Origin: a bacterium
GTDB taxonomy: Bacteria; Patescibacteriota; Saccharimonadia; Saccharimonadales; JAUPVS01
Length of the DNA stretch: 64,000 nt
Assembly (NCBI GenBank): GCA_029780855.1
Contig: JAKOXV010000003.1
Span: forward strand, 162,357 to 226,356
Reading direction: 5' to 3'
This document shows, one piece after another, positions 45,454 through 54,845 of this stretch (its first letter is position 1; each line of letters opens with the position of its first letter). Below the pieces are notes generated by a model that searched no databases, had not been told where the DNA came from, and saw nothing but the letters and a program-made list of their open reading frames with translations. The position numbers and the translations under genes are program-made.

Positions 45454-46020
45454 ATGGCTTTAGGTGTAACTGATCTCAAAAAAGGGCAGGTATTTCAGAT
45501 GGATGGTACGCCGTACCGGGTAGTTGAGTACGCCCAAAAGGTGATGGGTCGTGGTGGCTCTATCGTAAACGTGAAGATTAAGAGCTTGATCGATGGCAAG
45601 GTGCTTGACAAAACCTTTAAAGGTAACGAGTCTATCGAACCTGCCGATGTGACCAACCGTAACGTGCAGTACCTCTATAATGATGGCGCACAGTATCATT
45701 TCATGGATCAAGATAGTTACGAGCAGTTTGAGTTGCCAGCTGAAGATATGGCTGAGCAGGCAGGGTACATGAAAGAAAGTGATATCGTCCAGGCTCAGCT
45801 ATTTGACGGTAACGTCATAAATATAGAGTTGCCAAAAAATGTGCCACTCAAAGTAACCTACGCAGAAGACGTGGTGAAGGGCGATACTACCAGTTCAGTC
45901 ATGAAAGATGCCACCGTAGAGACAGGTATAACCGTCAAAGTCCCAGCATTCGTAAAAACCGGCGATCTCATAAGCGTGGACACTACTACCGGTGCCTACC
46001 GCGAACGAGTAAAGGGTTAA
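45454..46020 (+). CDS. efp: elongation factor P (Arg at the modified-loop position)
   Basis: Full EF-P three-domain pattern. The loop reads KVMGRGGS with R33 where E. coli has K34. Confidence 0.93.
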   Translation: MALGVTDLKKGQVFQMDGTPYRVVEYAQKVMGRGGSIVNVKIKSLIDGKVLDKTFKGNESIEPADVTNRNVQYLYNDGAQYHFMDQDSYEQFELPAEDMAEQAGYMKESDIVQAQLFDGNVINIELPKNVPLKVTYAEDVVKGDTTSSVMKDATVETGITVKVPAFVKTGDLISVDTTTGAYRERVKG

Positions 46021-46022
46021 TT

Positions 46023-46310
46023 ATGACTGTCTGGGAGATGAGGCCACTATTTAAAGAGTGGCAGCAGCGCCCAGAAGCAGATCCATGGGGACAGTATTTT
46101 GCTGGGTTAAGTGATGCTGAATTACTTGATCAAATCCACTGTACGGGACAAGAATATGAAAACGCATACGGACGTGCTATTACGAGCGATGAAGTGGATG
46201 ATGTTCTAGTTGAGGAGATACTCAGTCAACTTGAGAAGTGTGAACAAGAGTGGCAAAGAAGAGTGGATGTAGCAAATGTAAGTGCCGACACACAGTTGTT
46301 GCACGCATAA
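46023..46310 (+). CDS. hypothetical protein, 95 aa
   Basis: ORF. Its start is close to the efp stop. Confidence 0.45.
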   Translation: MTVWEMRPLFKEWQQRPEADPWGQYFAGLSDAELLDQIHCTGQEYENAYGRAITSDEVDDVLVEEILSQLEKCEQEWQRRVDVANVSADTQLLHA

Positions 46311-46324
46311 AGGGAATTAGAATA

Positions 46325-47053
46325 ATGAAACAGCGGCTTGATCAGGAACTGGTGAATCGTGGGCTGGTGAGCACTCGTAGTCAGGCGGAGAGCTACATTA
46401 AGCTTGGGCAGGTCAAGCTGAACGGCAACGTGGTGACAAAATCTGGTACTCAGGTACAGGCCACAGACAAGTTGGAAGTAACTGCTGAAGAACAATATGT
46501 CTCAAGAGCAGCCTTGAAACTGGCGTCGGTGAGTGAGATTCTAGGCCTCGACTTTCGCGGTAAGGTGGTGCTAGATATAGGTTCGTCTACCGGTGGATTC
46601 ACCCAGTACGCACTTATGCACGATGCACGTCGGGTAATTGCGGTAGATGTGGGAACTAATCAACTGCACCCGCTCCTACGGGACGATGAACGCATTGACC
46701 TGTTCGAGCAGACTGATTTTAGGGAGTTTAGAGCGCTGCCGGAAACGCCCGACATCGTACTTGCCGACGTATCCTTTATTTCACTCCGGGAGATTTTGCC
46801 GCACGCCCACGAACTCGGGAACGCAGGAACACAGTATGCCATCATGGTTAAGCCCCAGTTTGAAGCAGGTGACGCCGTAAAACATAAGGGTGTGATAAAA
46901 AATGATTCGATGCGTCGGGCAATACTGAAAGACTTTGAATCCTGGGTGCAAAAATTATTCATCATAACTGCTAAAGCCGATAGTCAAGTTGCCGGGGCAC
47001 GGGGAAACCGCGAACGCTTCTATATCCTAAAGAAACTGACCCCTAAAGCATAA
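46325..47053 (+). CDS. tlyA: TlyA family rRNA 2'-O-methyltransferase (S4 domain + FtsJ-like MTase)
   Basis: S4-like RLDQELVNRGLVSTRSQAESYIKLGQVKLNG and an SAM-MTase motif DIGSSTGGFTQ. Confidence 0.85.
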   Translation: MKQRLDQELVNRGLVSTRSQAESYIKLGQVKLNGNVVTKSGTQVQATDKLEVTAEEQYVSRAALKLASVSEILGLDFRGKVVLDIGSSTGGFTQYALMHDARRVIAVDVGTNQLHPLLRDDERIDLFEQTDFREFRALPETPDIVLADVSFISLREILPHAHELGNAGTQYAIMVKPQFEAGDAVKHKGVIKNDSMRRAILKDFESWVQKLFIITAKADSQVAGARGNRERFYILKKLTPKA

Positions 47054-47074
47054 GGGGTGTGATACACTGGCGAT

Positions 47075-47731
47075 ATGTATTTCAAGGATCGCTCAGAAGC
47101 AGCCGAAAAACTTAGTAAGCTGATTGTTCCGAAGTACCGTTACGAAAACTGTGCGGTGGTAGCTCTGAGTGATGGCGCAGTGGTGATCGCTAGCCATCTT
47201 GCGATGCAGCTGCACTGTGCGCTAATGATGCTTCTTACCGAAGAGATCGAGCTACCAGGTGAGCATATGACAATAGGAGGCATTGATCAGAGCGGTCTGT
47301 TTACGTATGACGGCATGTATTCTGCGGGCCAGATTGAAGAGTTTGTAGGGGAGTTCCATGGTGCTATCGAACAGCAAAAAATGGAAAAACTGCACGAGAT
47401 GAACCGCTTACTCGGCGGCTCCGGAATTATCGATCCGCATCTGCTCCGATACCATAATGTCATACTGGTTTCTGACGGACTAGCCAGTGGTATATCACTG
47501 GATTCGGCAGCAGCGTACCTAAAACCTTTTAAATTGGAGAAACTGATTATCGCCACTCCTATCGCCAGTGTCCCGGCAGTTGATAAAATGCACCTGACCA
47601 CCGACGAAATATACTGTCTCAGCGTGGTTGATAACTTCCTTGGGGTTAATCATTACTATGACAACAACAAGCTTCCGCCACACGAAGAGATTGTGGAGAC
47701 CATAAAAAACATTGTTCTTAAGTGGCAGTAG
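47075..47731 (+). CDS. phosphoribosyltransferase-domain protein (COG1926-like)
   Basis: MYFKDRSEAAEKL N-terminus and PRPP-binding-like VILVSDGLASG. Confidence 0.72.
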   Translation: MYFKDRSEAAEKLSKLIVPKYRYENCAVVALSDGAVVIASHLAMQLHCALMMLLTEEIELPGEHMTIGGIDQSGLFTYDGMYSAGQIEEFVGEFHGAIEQQKMEKLHEMNRLLGGSGIIDPHLLRYHNVILVSDGLASGISLDSAAAYLKPFKLEKLIIATPIASVPAVDKMHLTTDEIYCLSVVDNFLGVNHYYDNNKLPPHEEIVETIKNIVLKWQ

Positions 47732-48407
47732 GGTGGTCGCCCAGTATTTTATGGAGCGCTTCGGTGTCTTTAAGGATGAAGCAGGATTGCTTGGTCGCTT
47801 CGATGAGGCCTTTTTTCTCGAGCTGTGAGAGCTCTCGACCGGTAGTTTCCCGCGAGGCATTGATAGAACTCGCAATATCTTGATGCTTCAGGGGTACATC
47901 GACCAAAAAGCCGGAATCAATCTCGCGTCCGAAGCGATTGGACATGATAAGCAAGAATGCTACCAGTCGTTCACGGACGGTGCGGTACTCCAAATTCATA
48001 ATACGCTCCGAGTGAATGCGGTACATTTCTAAAATTACGCCCAATGTTTGCTGCAAGATATCGGGGCGCTTTTGTATATAGTCTAGGAATTCGGCTCGGT
48101 CCAGACGCCAGACTTTTGTAGGACCCAGTGCTTCATAGATTACATTTCGACCTTCGCCGGTGAAGGCCCATAGCAGGGGAAAAATCTCGTTTTCTTTTCG
48201 AATAATTAGCAGGTTTTCTTCACCGTATTTAGTTATATCGTAGGCCTTTACGAGGCCACTTTCAACATAAAAAACGCCTGGTGGCGTTTCTCCGGGACGA
48301 ATGACAAATTCGCCTTTTCTGTAATCTAGGCACGTACCTTTCTGGAACATCTGCAGCATCGCTTTGCGCTGCGCGGCGGTGTCGAGCATAACTATATTAT
48401 GAATCAT
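47718..48407 (-). CDS. Crp/Fnr family transcriptional regulator
   Basis: cNMP-binding beta-roll and a C-terminal HTH (...ASRETTGRELSQLEKKGLI...). Confidence 0.88.
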   Translation of the reverse strand: MIHNIVMLDTAAQRKAMLQMFQKGTCLDYRKGEFVIRPGETPPGVFYVESGLVKAYDITKYGEENLLIIRKENEIFPLLWAFTGEGRNVIYEALGPTKVWRLDRAEFLDYIQKRPDILQQTLGVILEMYRIHSERIMNLEYRTVRERLVAFLLIMSNRFGREIDSGFLVDVPLKHQDIASSINASRETTGRELSQLEKKGLIEATKQSCFILKDTEALHKILGDHPTAT

Positions 48408-48425
48408 TTCTTAGTACCTGCCAAC

Positions 48426-48441
48426 TGTGACAAATATCACA
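48426..48441. promoter_or_regulatory. Crp-type operator TGTGA-caaata-TCACA
   Basis: Perfect TGTGA-N6-TCACA in the divergent intergenic region, 19 bp upstream of the regulator start. Confidence 0.6.
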
Positions 48442-48515
48442 CCTCTGTTGTGAGTTACTTAGCAGTTTTTAAGTTTGCGTGAGCATACTATAGAAGTACA
48501 AACGGAGGAGGGGAT

Positions 48516-49208
48516 ATGGTTACACACAAAGAGGTGGAAAAACAGCTCAAACGAATTGGCTTCACCATTAAGTTTTGGGGACGCCCGGAAATCATGGAAC
48601 TCCAGCACATATTAATTCCTGGCGAGCAGGTCATGCACTGTATGAATGGTCGCTATGAAGGGGGGTTTGCTACGCTCGTCGCGACAGATCAGCGCCTCTT
48701 ATTGATTGACAAGCGGATCATGCATTTATTTGTAGAAGATATTCGCTATGACATGCTCGCAGAGGTAGATTTTAGTAGCCAAATTATTAGTGCATCGGCG
48801 AAGGTTTGCACCCCTACAAAGACATTGATATTTACTACCTTCAGAAGTAAAGAACTCCGCCAGCTAGTCTCCTACGTCCAGCAGCGTGTTATAGAAATTA
48901 GACAGCAGTACTCGTTCCAGGCAACCAGCCAGGGGCAACAGGATACGCAACCCCAGCAAGCAGCAGCCTATACGCAGCCTGCAGATACTACCCCAGTCTA
49001 CCAACCTCAGTTCCAGACGCCACCACCAGCACAACCCGTTGATGAATTCACGCGGCAGGTTGTGTCAGAAAATATCGGCATAGTCGCTACTAATGATGCT
49101 ACTAACCAAAACCAGATGCGCTTATTGCCTCGGCCAAAGTTCAGAAACCCCTATGCCCAAGGGCCGTTCATGACGCGCCGAAGGGTAGGGCGTTTTAGTG
49201 CTCACTAA
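48516..49208 (+). CDS. hypothetical protein with bacterial PH-like N-terminal domain and Q/P-rich C-terminus
   Basis: ORF. The domain guess is weak. Confidence 0.45.
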   Translation: MVTHKEVEKQLKRIGFTIKFWGRPEIMELQHILIPGEQVMHCMNGRYEGGFATLVATDQRLLLIDKRIMHLFVEDIRYDMLAEVDFSSQIISASAKVCTPTKTLIFTTFRSKELRQLVSYVQQRVIEIRQQYSFQATSQGQQDTQPQQAAAYTQPADTTPVYQPQFQTPPPAQPVDEFTRQVVSENIGIVATNDATNQNQMRLLPRPKFRNPYAQGPFMTRRRVGRFSAH

Positions 49209-49213
49209 AGGGC

Positions 49214-50293
49214 CTATACATTAAATCGGAACTCAACTACATCGTCTGGTTGCATGACGTAGTATTTCCCCTCGGTGCGGATTTTGCCCGCGCTTTTAGC
49301 GGCTGCTTCTGAGCCGGCGGATAGTAGATCATGATAATCAACGATCTGAGCAGCAATAAAACCGCGTTCGAAATCGCCATGGATAACTCCAGCTGCCTGA
49401 GGGGCGGTGGCTCCTTTGGGAATTGTCCAAGCGCGTACTTCTTTTTCGCCGGCGGTAAGGTAGCTCTGTAAACCGAGGGTGTCATAGGCGGCATGAATCA
49501 GCTGTTCCAGGCCAGAGCTTTCCACTCCGTAGCTCTCAAGTAACTCTTGCCGATCAGTTTCATCCAAGCTTTGGAGTTCATGTTCTAACTTGGCGCACAC
49601 AAAGATGCTCTGAGCAGGTGCTACCATCTGGGAAAGCTCTTGTTTCTTTTGTGCATCGGCTAGCCCTTGTTCATCAACATTGAACACATAAATCACTGGC
49701 TTCATGGTGAGTAGCTGTAAATCTTCTAGACCTTCGTATCCATCTGCATCAATCGCGACGTGAACCGGCTTGCCACTATCCAACTCAAGCTCAATCTGTT
49801 TAAGTGCATCGGCCATATGCTTTAGTTTCGGATTGGCTCGCGCCTCTTTCTCCATGCGAGGAAGCCGTTTTTGGACGGTCTGTAGATCGGCTAGGACGAG
49901 TTCAGTGTTTATGACTTCGATATCTTTTTTAGGGTCGTGCTCGCTATCGACATGCGTAACATTTGTATCATCAAAGGCTCGTACCACATGTGCTATGGCG
50001 TTAGTAGATCGAATGTTAGCCAGAAACTGATTACCCAGACCTTCTCCTTGGCTTGCGCCAGCTACCAATCCTGCAATATCTACGAATTCAACGGTGGCCG
50101 GCTTAATTGGAGCGCCGTGATACAGAGCAGATAGCTTATGTAGCCGTTCATCACGAATAGGCACAATACCATTGTTTGGCTCTATGGTAGCAAAGGGGTA
50201 GTTGGCCGCTAAGATATTGTTGTTCGTGAGGGCGTTGAAGAGGGTAGACTTGCCGACGTTCGGTAGCCCAACGATGCCAATTGATAGACTCAT
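49214..50293 (-). CDS. ychF: ribosome-binding ATPase YchF (Obg family)
   Basis: GIVGLPNVGKSTLFNALT G1 motif and a TGS-like C-terminus. Confidence 0.93.
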   Translation of the reverse strand: MSLSIGIVGLPNVGKSTLFNALTNNNILAANYPFATIEPNNGIVPIRDERLHKLSALYHGAPIKPATVEFVDIAGLVAGASQGEGLGNQFLANIRSTNAIAHVVRAFDDTNVTHVDSEHDPKKDIEVINTELVLADLQTVQKRLPRMEKEARANPKLKHMADALKQIELELDSGKPVHVAIDADGYEGLEDLQLLTMKPVIYVFNVDEQGLADAQKKQELSQMVAPAQSIFVCAKLEHELQSLDETDRQELLESYGVESSGLEQLIHAAYDTLGLQSYLTAGEKEVRAWTIPKGATAPQAAGVIHGDFERGFIAAQIVDYHDLLSAGSEAAAKSAGKIRTEGKYYVMQPDDVVEFRFNV

Positions 50294-50316
50294 TGCTTGG
50301 TATTATAACAAGAAAT

Positions 50317-51897
50317 TTATCTCCTCCTAAGTAGTTTACAGGCTGCCATTAGCCCGTACATAATAAGTAGTAACAAACTGAATGTTAGTACCCATTCACC
50401 GAGGCGGGTAAAGGGTGTAATTTGACTGTTTGGCATAAAGCTGAAGTCAATGAAGCGAGTTTTTGAATCGGTTGGTTTTACGATGTAGTTACCGTCGCTG
50501 TTGAGCGCAAAGGCCGGTGCTCCGAGCGAAGATTGGATAAAAGGGCGGTTGTTGGCAATGGCATGAAAGCGAGCGAGCAAAATGGATTGCCGAAAATAAG
50601 ACTTAGACCCTGCAAAATCTATCAGCGAGGCACTATTGGTTAACACTTTCGCTCCATGTCGAGTTAGGTTGCGGTAAATATTCGTACCGAGAATTCCCGA
50701 ACAGGCTACCGGACCGATAGTGAGCCCTCCGTAGCTAAAGGTCTGTGCTGGATTCCCTTTATACACTTGGCGATAATGCTGAAAGTGAGTAATAATAGAG
50801 CTTTGTCCGGTAAGGTGATAGAATATCTGAACCATGTACGGAAGATATTCGCCAGTCGGTATCAGAAAACCTTTGGTTTGTTCCGAAATTAATCTTCCTT
50901 TGGCGTCATGAAAGTCAAGCGTACCGTACCACCTTTGGCGGTTGCCTTTACTTACCGTAACGCTGAAGCCGCTCTCTTTTAAGCGTTTATTCACCAGGGT
51001 CTCAGTAACTGATGAATAATCAGATAGAAACATTCCGGAGTACTCGGGTAGTACAATGAGGTCTCTTTTTTCATCTGATTTATTGTCGATAGACGTATGA
51101 TAACCAGCCTCAGGTATGGTCGTTGCATTTTGTAATACGCTTGCTTGTAGTATGTTCCCGGAATTGTCCGTCCGGTAGTACCGAATGCTTACTCCAAAAG
51201 CAATAACCATCATTACCGTAAGCGTAAGTGGGGCAGTAAGGTTTTTTTGCTGCAGTGCGAAGAACAGAATGAGTGCCATGAGGACGACTAAAAAGGTAAG
51301 CCCGTACATGCCAATAAACCGGCTGAGTACAGCAAGAGGTGTTTGAACGCTGCCTAGTCCAAAATTGCCAAAATTCCAATAATCACCGATTGTCCCTTGT
51401 GAACCATACAAAACTACAGAAAACCATACACTTCGTAACCATTCTAAAACTACCCAGGATGCACAGAATAATATCCATGCCACTGGCGTTGGTCGTAGTT
51501 TAATAGTAAAACCGAAAAATAATCCTAGAGGAAGCATAGGTATGCACACAACAAAGGACATTAAGAGCCAGCCGATAATCGCCGATGAAACTGAGTATAA
51601 GCGGTTCATACCGATTAGGCCCGACACATTAACTCGAAGAAACCAAGAAAGTACTACGAGAAAGAAAGGCAGAAAAAAACTCGTCGTATAGGCTGTGATC
51701 GTCCTGAAACCTTCGCTTTCGGTTTTTTGCCAGGCCAAAAAGAGAGGCATTAGACACAATGGCAACACTAGCCCTGGAATGCCCCAAGAGAATACGCCGC
51801 CCGCTATGATTCCGGCAAAAATAACAAGGACAAAAAGTACGAGGGGACGGTCTTTATTGATAGCAAGTAGAGGTTTATCGAACGGTGATTGGTTCAT
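50317..51897 (-). CDS. lnt: apolipoprotein N-acyltransferase-like protein (polytopic N-terminus + CN-hydrolase domain)
   Basis: Blocks equivalent to the Lnt E-K-C triad (DLIVLPEYSG, QTKGFLIPTGEYLP, GPVACSGILG) plus a C-terminal TM. Confidence 0.65.
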   Translation of the reverse strand: MNQSPFDKPLLAINKDRPLVLFVLVIFAGIIAGGVFSWGIPGLVLPLCLMPLFLAWQKTESEGFRTITAYTTSFFLPFFLVVLSWFLRVNVSGLIGMNRLYSVSSAIIGWLLMSFVVCIPMLPLGLFFGFTIKLRPTPVAWILFCASWVVLEWLRSVWFSVVLYGSQGTIGDYWNFGNFGLGSVQTPLAVLSRFIGMYGLTFLVVLMALILFFALQQKNLTAPLTLTVMMVIAFGVSIRYYRTDNSGNILQASVLQNATTIPEAGYHTSIDNKSDEKRDLIVLPEYSGMFLSDYSSVTETLVNKRLKESGFSVTVSKGNRQRWYGTLDFHDAKGRLISEQTKGFLIPTGEYLPYMVQIFYHLTGQSSIITHFQHYRQVYKGNPAQTFSYGGLTIGPVACSGILGTNIYRNLTRHGAKVLTNSASLIDFAGSKSYFRQSILLARFHAIANNRPFIQSSLGAPAFALNSDGNYIVKPTDSKTRFIDFSFMPNSQITPFTRLGEWVLTFSLLLLIMYGLMAACKLLRRR

Positions 51898-51900
51898 AAA

Positions 51901-53055
51901 TCACCATTGGGCGAACCAAGTTGCGGTATAGATTTGTCCCGTTGAAGTGTTTTTATACGCGTAGGTACCGACTCTGTTGAATTTAGGATTGAGTATATTT
52001 GCCCGGTGACCAGCACTATTGAGGTACGCCTGAAAGATCTGATCTGATGAGGAACCGGTGCCGACATTCTCGCCTAGGGACAGCCAATATTGATTCGGAC
52101 AGGGTGCATACTGGTCTTCAAAGGCCCCGATTAAATTGCCGCCGTTGGAGTGAAACAGACGATTGAAGTGTGCATTTGCCCAGGCCACTCTACCTGCAAG
52201 TATATTTAAACAACCTTCTGCCTTCAGTCCCTGTAAGCCTCCGAGTCCTCTTACGTAGTTTACTGCGTCCCGCTGTTTTGCTGTTGTATCATAATCTGCC
52301 TCCCACCCTGTCTCGGCTGCCGGTGAAGCTCCTGCATGGGGCATGAATAAGTCAGCAACTTGTTGTAATGCGTTCTTGGAATATCCCGACGCACGATTTA
52401 GGGCGCTGACGTTGTTCTGACGCCGCCGAGGCTGTTTGGGCTTGCGGGATTCCATGCCTCGCTTTTGGCGAACGGATGCCGTACTGCAAACCTGCTGCAT
52501 TTTGTTCTGCATTGTAGAAAGTATCGATGGCTGTGAACTGCCAGGATAGACATCAACGGCAGTTGCCTCGTCACCCTTGGTTAGCATAAAACCACTGTAA
52601 TTATTCACGAATGCTTTAGTACCGGGAGGAGCAATGTTGTCCGGAAGTGTTTCAATATCTAACATGTCTAAGGCATTATATAAATTATTGAGCTGCGGTT
52701 TATTTAGGCGTCCCATGGTTACGTCACCTTGTGCGTTACCATCATCGCAAAGTAGCGTACCGTCTTTAAGTACAATATTTGATGATGAAATCGAATTGTA
52801 GGTGATATTGCCGCTGGCGTCTTTAGTAATGGTCGACGGTTTCTCTACGGTATACGACGCTAAAATAAGATCCGGATCTACTTCTAGAGCAAAGCTCCGA
52901 TAGGTTACTACGGATCCGATAACTGCAAACAAGGCAATAAATATTAAAAATGACTTCTTTCGAAGCCAATTGTTTGATGAAATTAATCTGTTTTTTGAAC
53001 TACGCGAAGCAGTTCCGGGCCTTTTATTCCTGGAGGGACTAATTCGAGCTACCAT
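51901..53055 (-). CDS. membrane-anchored CAP/SCP/PR-1-like domain protein
   Basis: C-terminal GHRANILNPKFNRVG matches the CAP-domain signature. N-terminal basic region plus TM. Confidence 0.72.
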   Translation of the reverse strand: MVARISPSRNKRPGTASRSSKNRLISSNNWLRKKSFLIFIALFAVIGSVVTYRSFALEVDPDLILASYTVEKPSTITKDASGNITYNSISSSNIVLKDGTLLCDDGNAQGDVTMGRLNKPQLNNLYNALDMLDIETLPDNIAPPGTKAFVNNYSGFMLTKGDEATAVDVYPGSSQPSILSTMQNKMQQVCSTASVRQKRGMESRKPKQPRRRQNNVSALNRASGYSKNALQQVADLFMPHAGASPAAETGWEADYDTTAKQRDAVNYVRGLGGLQGLKAEGCLNILAGRVAWANAHFNRLFHSNGGNLIGAFEDQYAPCPNQYWLSLGENVGTGSSSDQIFQAYLNSAGHRANILNPKFNRVGTYAYKNTSTGQIYTATWFAQW

Positions 53056-53364
53056 TTGCTTTCCTCTTGATAGTAATATTACGCTTATGGTAGTACTTTC
53101 GAAAAGCTTTGTAAACTCTCCTTATCACTAAGCGTCTAGACTGGCTATTTAGCGGCTGTACACTCAATTGCTCAGCGCCATCTACCTATTTTGTACGTCC
53201 ATTCTGGAGCACTGATTGCTTCAAAGATTATGTTACACACTATTGACAGTATAGAAAATACTTGTCATACTATATATACTGCTAACTCATGGGCTTTAGC
53301 CCTGTGTGAATATGAGTTTTAGCGGATCATTAACATATCAGATTCGGTTTACCCTTATTATACA

Positions 53365-53410
53365 GGGAACGGGGCTTATTCTTTTTATCAAGAGGGTATA
53401 CCCCGTTCCC
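53365..53410. other. 10-bp perfect inverted repeat GGGAACGGGG-N26-CCCCGTTCCC in a 400-nt non-coding region
   Basis: Read from sequence. Possibly an RNA structure in a long 5' leader. Confidence 0.4.
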
Positions 53411-53456
53411 AAGAAGGGTTACGGTGCAGGCAGAAGCCGAAGTAACTGCGGAGAGT

Positions 53457-54050
53457 ATGATGGGTATTAAGCGAATCAGCCTGACCCTGTTAGCGGTCCT
53501 GCTAACAAGTATTTCGACCGGCTCCATGGCTTATGCCGGGGAGTCCAGTACATCTACTACAGGGAAGAGCGTGACTTTGGTGTCGATTCCGGTCGACAAT
53601 GAGATACATGATGAACCAGGTAGTCAAGTCGAAATCACAACCCAATTGGCGGGTCCAATCGACGGTCAGATGTGCAAAGTGGATTTCTCCTTCGAGAACA
53701 ACACCAGCATTCATTCTGACAACACCATTCTGCTGTACTCTGGGGAAAGCATGGCTCGCTTCGACGGCGTCGAAGATGCCGATTTCGCCGAGCGTCTCGC
53801 CACTATGCAGCCACAGTATCTCTATATTGATGGCTATATCACGGTACAGATGATTCTCGGCGAAGAGGGTGTATCGAGTGGTGGTATAATCGTCGATCTG
53901 TACTGCGAGGTACTGCCTCCTGCTGAGATCGGTACTCCTGTTTCTGTTGTCCGCCAGATCGGTGACTACACTCCAGATATCGTGGTCACACCAACAGTTT
54001 CGTCAGTTCCAGCTGCGGCAATCCCAGCTAGCCCGCGGTTTACTGGCTAA
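53457..54050 (+). CDS. secreted hypothetical protein (signal peptide MMGIKRISLTLLAVLLTSISTGSMAYAG)
   Basis: ORF with a classical signal peptide. The start is uncertain (GTG 53424, ATG 53457 or ATG 53460). Confidence 0.5.
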   Translation: MMGIKRISLTLLAVLLTSISTGSMAYAGESSTSTTGKSVTLVSIPVDNEIHDEPGSQVEITTQLAGPIDGQMCKVDFSFENNTSIHSDNTILLYSGESMARFDGVEDADFAERLATMQPQYLYIDGYITVQMILGEEGVSSGGIIVDLYCEVLPPAEIGTPVSVVRQIGDYTPDIVVTPTVSSVPAAAIPASPRFTG

Positions 54051-54055
54051 GGTTC

Positions 54056-54131
54056 GCGCAGTGGCAGAGGAAAGAGCAATGGCGCTTTCAAGTTTTTCCG
54101 GTTATGCTGGAAATCTCCTCTGCCACTGCGC
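54056..54131. other. 16-bp perfect inverted repeat GCGCAGTGGCAGAGGA-N44-TCCTCTGCCACTGCGC immediately after the secreted-protein gene
   Basis: Read from sequence. No T-run follows. Confidence 0.5.
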
Positions 54132-54361
54132 TGCAATTTAACCAATCTGATATGTTTCACAATTTTTATCGCTTTATACTGCTCAGCGTTCTTGATCAGG
54201 AACAAAGCGACAAAGCTATACACTAGTCTGTAAAATACTACTCATTTTGAGGTGTTAAATTCAGTATAATACATAAACACTTAGATGGTATATTTTCATA
54301 TTGCAGCTATGACGAATCATATTTTAATCATAAGCGTATCATGGTATTTTAATAGCAAGCT

Positions 54362-54841
54362 ATGGCAGCGGAAGTGAAATATACACGAGTGTCGTTTTGG
54401 CAACGATTGAAGCTTCAGGTGGGCAAGCTGTATGCGAACCATACAAAATTGAAGTTGTTGGCAACCGCATTGGTTATCCTTCTAGTCGTCGGCTTAATTG
54501 CGAGCGCTGTATATTCGAACTACAAGTCTCGTTCCAAAACCACAGTCGTCAAGCCAGTTACCACGGCGGACGTTATTTCTAACTTAAAAAAATCCTCGAA
54601 CGTGCCCACGATTCAAGAACGATACGATGCTCAAAAAGACAGTTTGCCGGACGGTGGTACCTACACCCAGAAGGATCTTGGTAACCTTATAGACATGGCG
54701 TTAGCCGCCAAGGCTCTCGGCAAAAAAGAAGAAGCAAAAACCTATGCTCAAGCGGCGCTGCCGTTAATAAATAAGAATGCCGAGTTCCAAAAACAGTATC
54801 CCGAGGTAGTAACTTCTATTAAATTGATTGCGAATAATTAG
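54362..54841 (+). CDS. hypothetical membrane-anchored protein, 159 aa
   Basis: ORF with a single TM helix. Confidence 0.45.
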   Translation: MAAEVKYTRVSFWQRLKLQVGKLYANHTKLKLLATALVILLVVGLIASAVYSNYKSRSKTTVVKPVTTADVISNLKKSSNVPTIQERYDAQKDSLPDGGTYTQKDLGNLIDMALAAKALGKKEEAKTYAQAALPLINKNAEFQKQYPEVVTSIKLIANN

Positions 54842-54845
54842 TACC

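Noticed and set aside
53424-53456. GTG start at 53424 giving an acidic N-terminal extension to the secreted protein
   Set aside because: The extension (MQAEAEVTAES) is incompatible with a signal-peptide n-region. ATG at 53457 or 53460 gives a classical signal peptide, so the shorter start is preferred.
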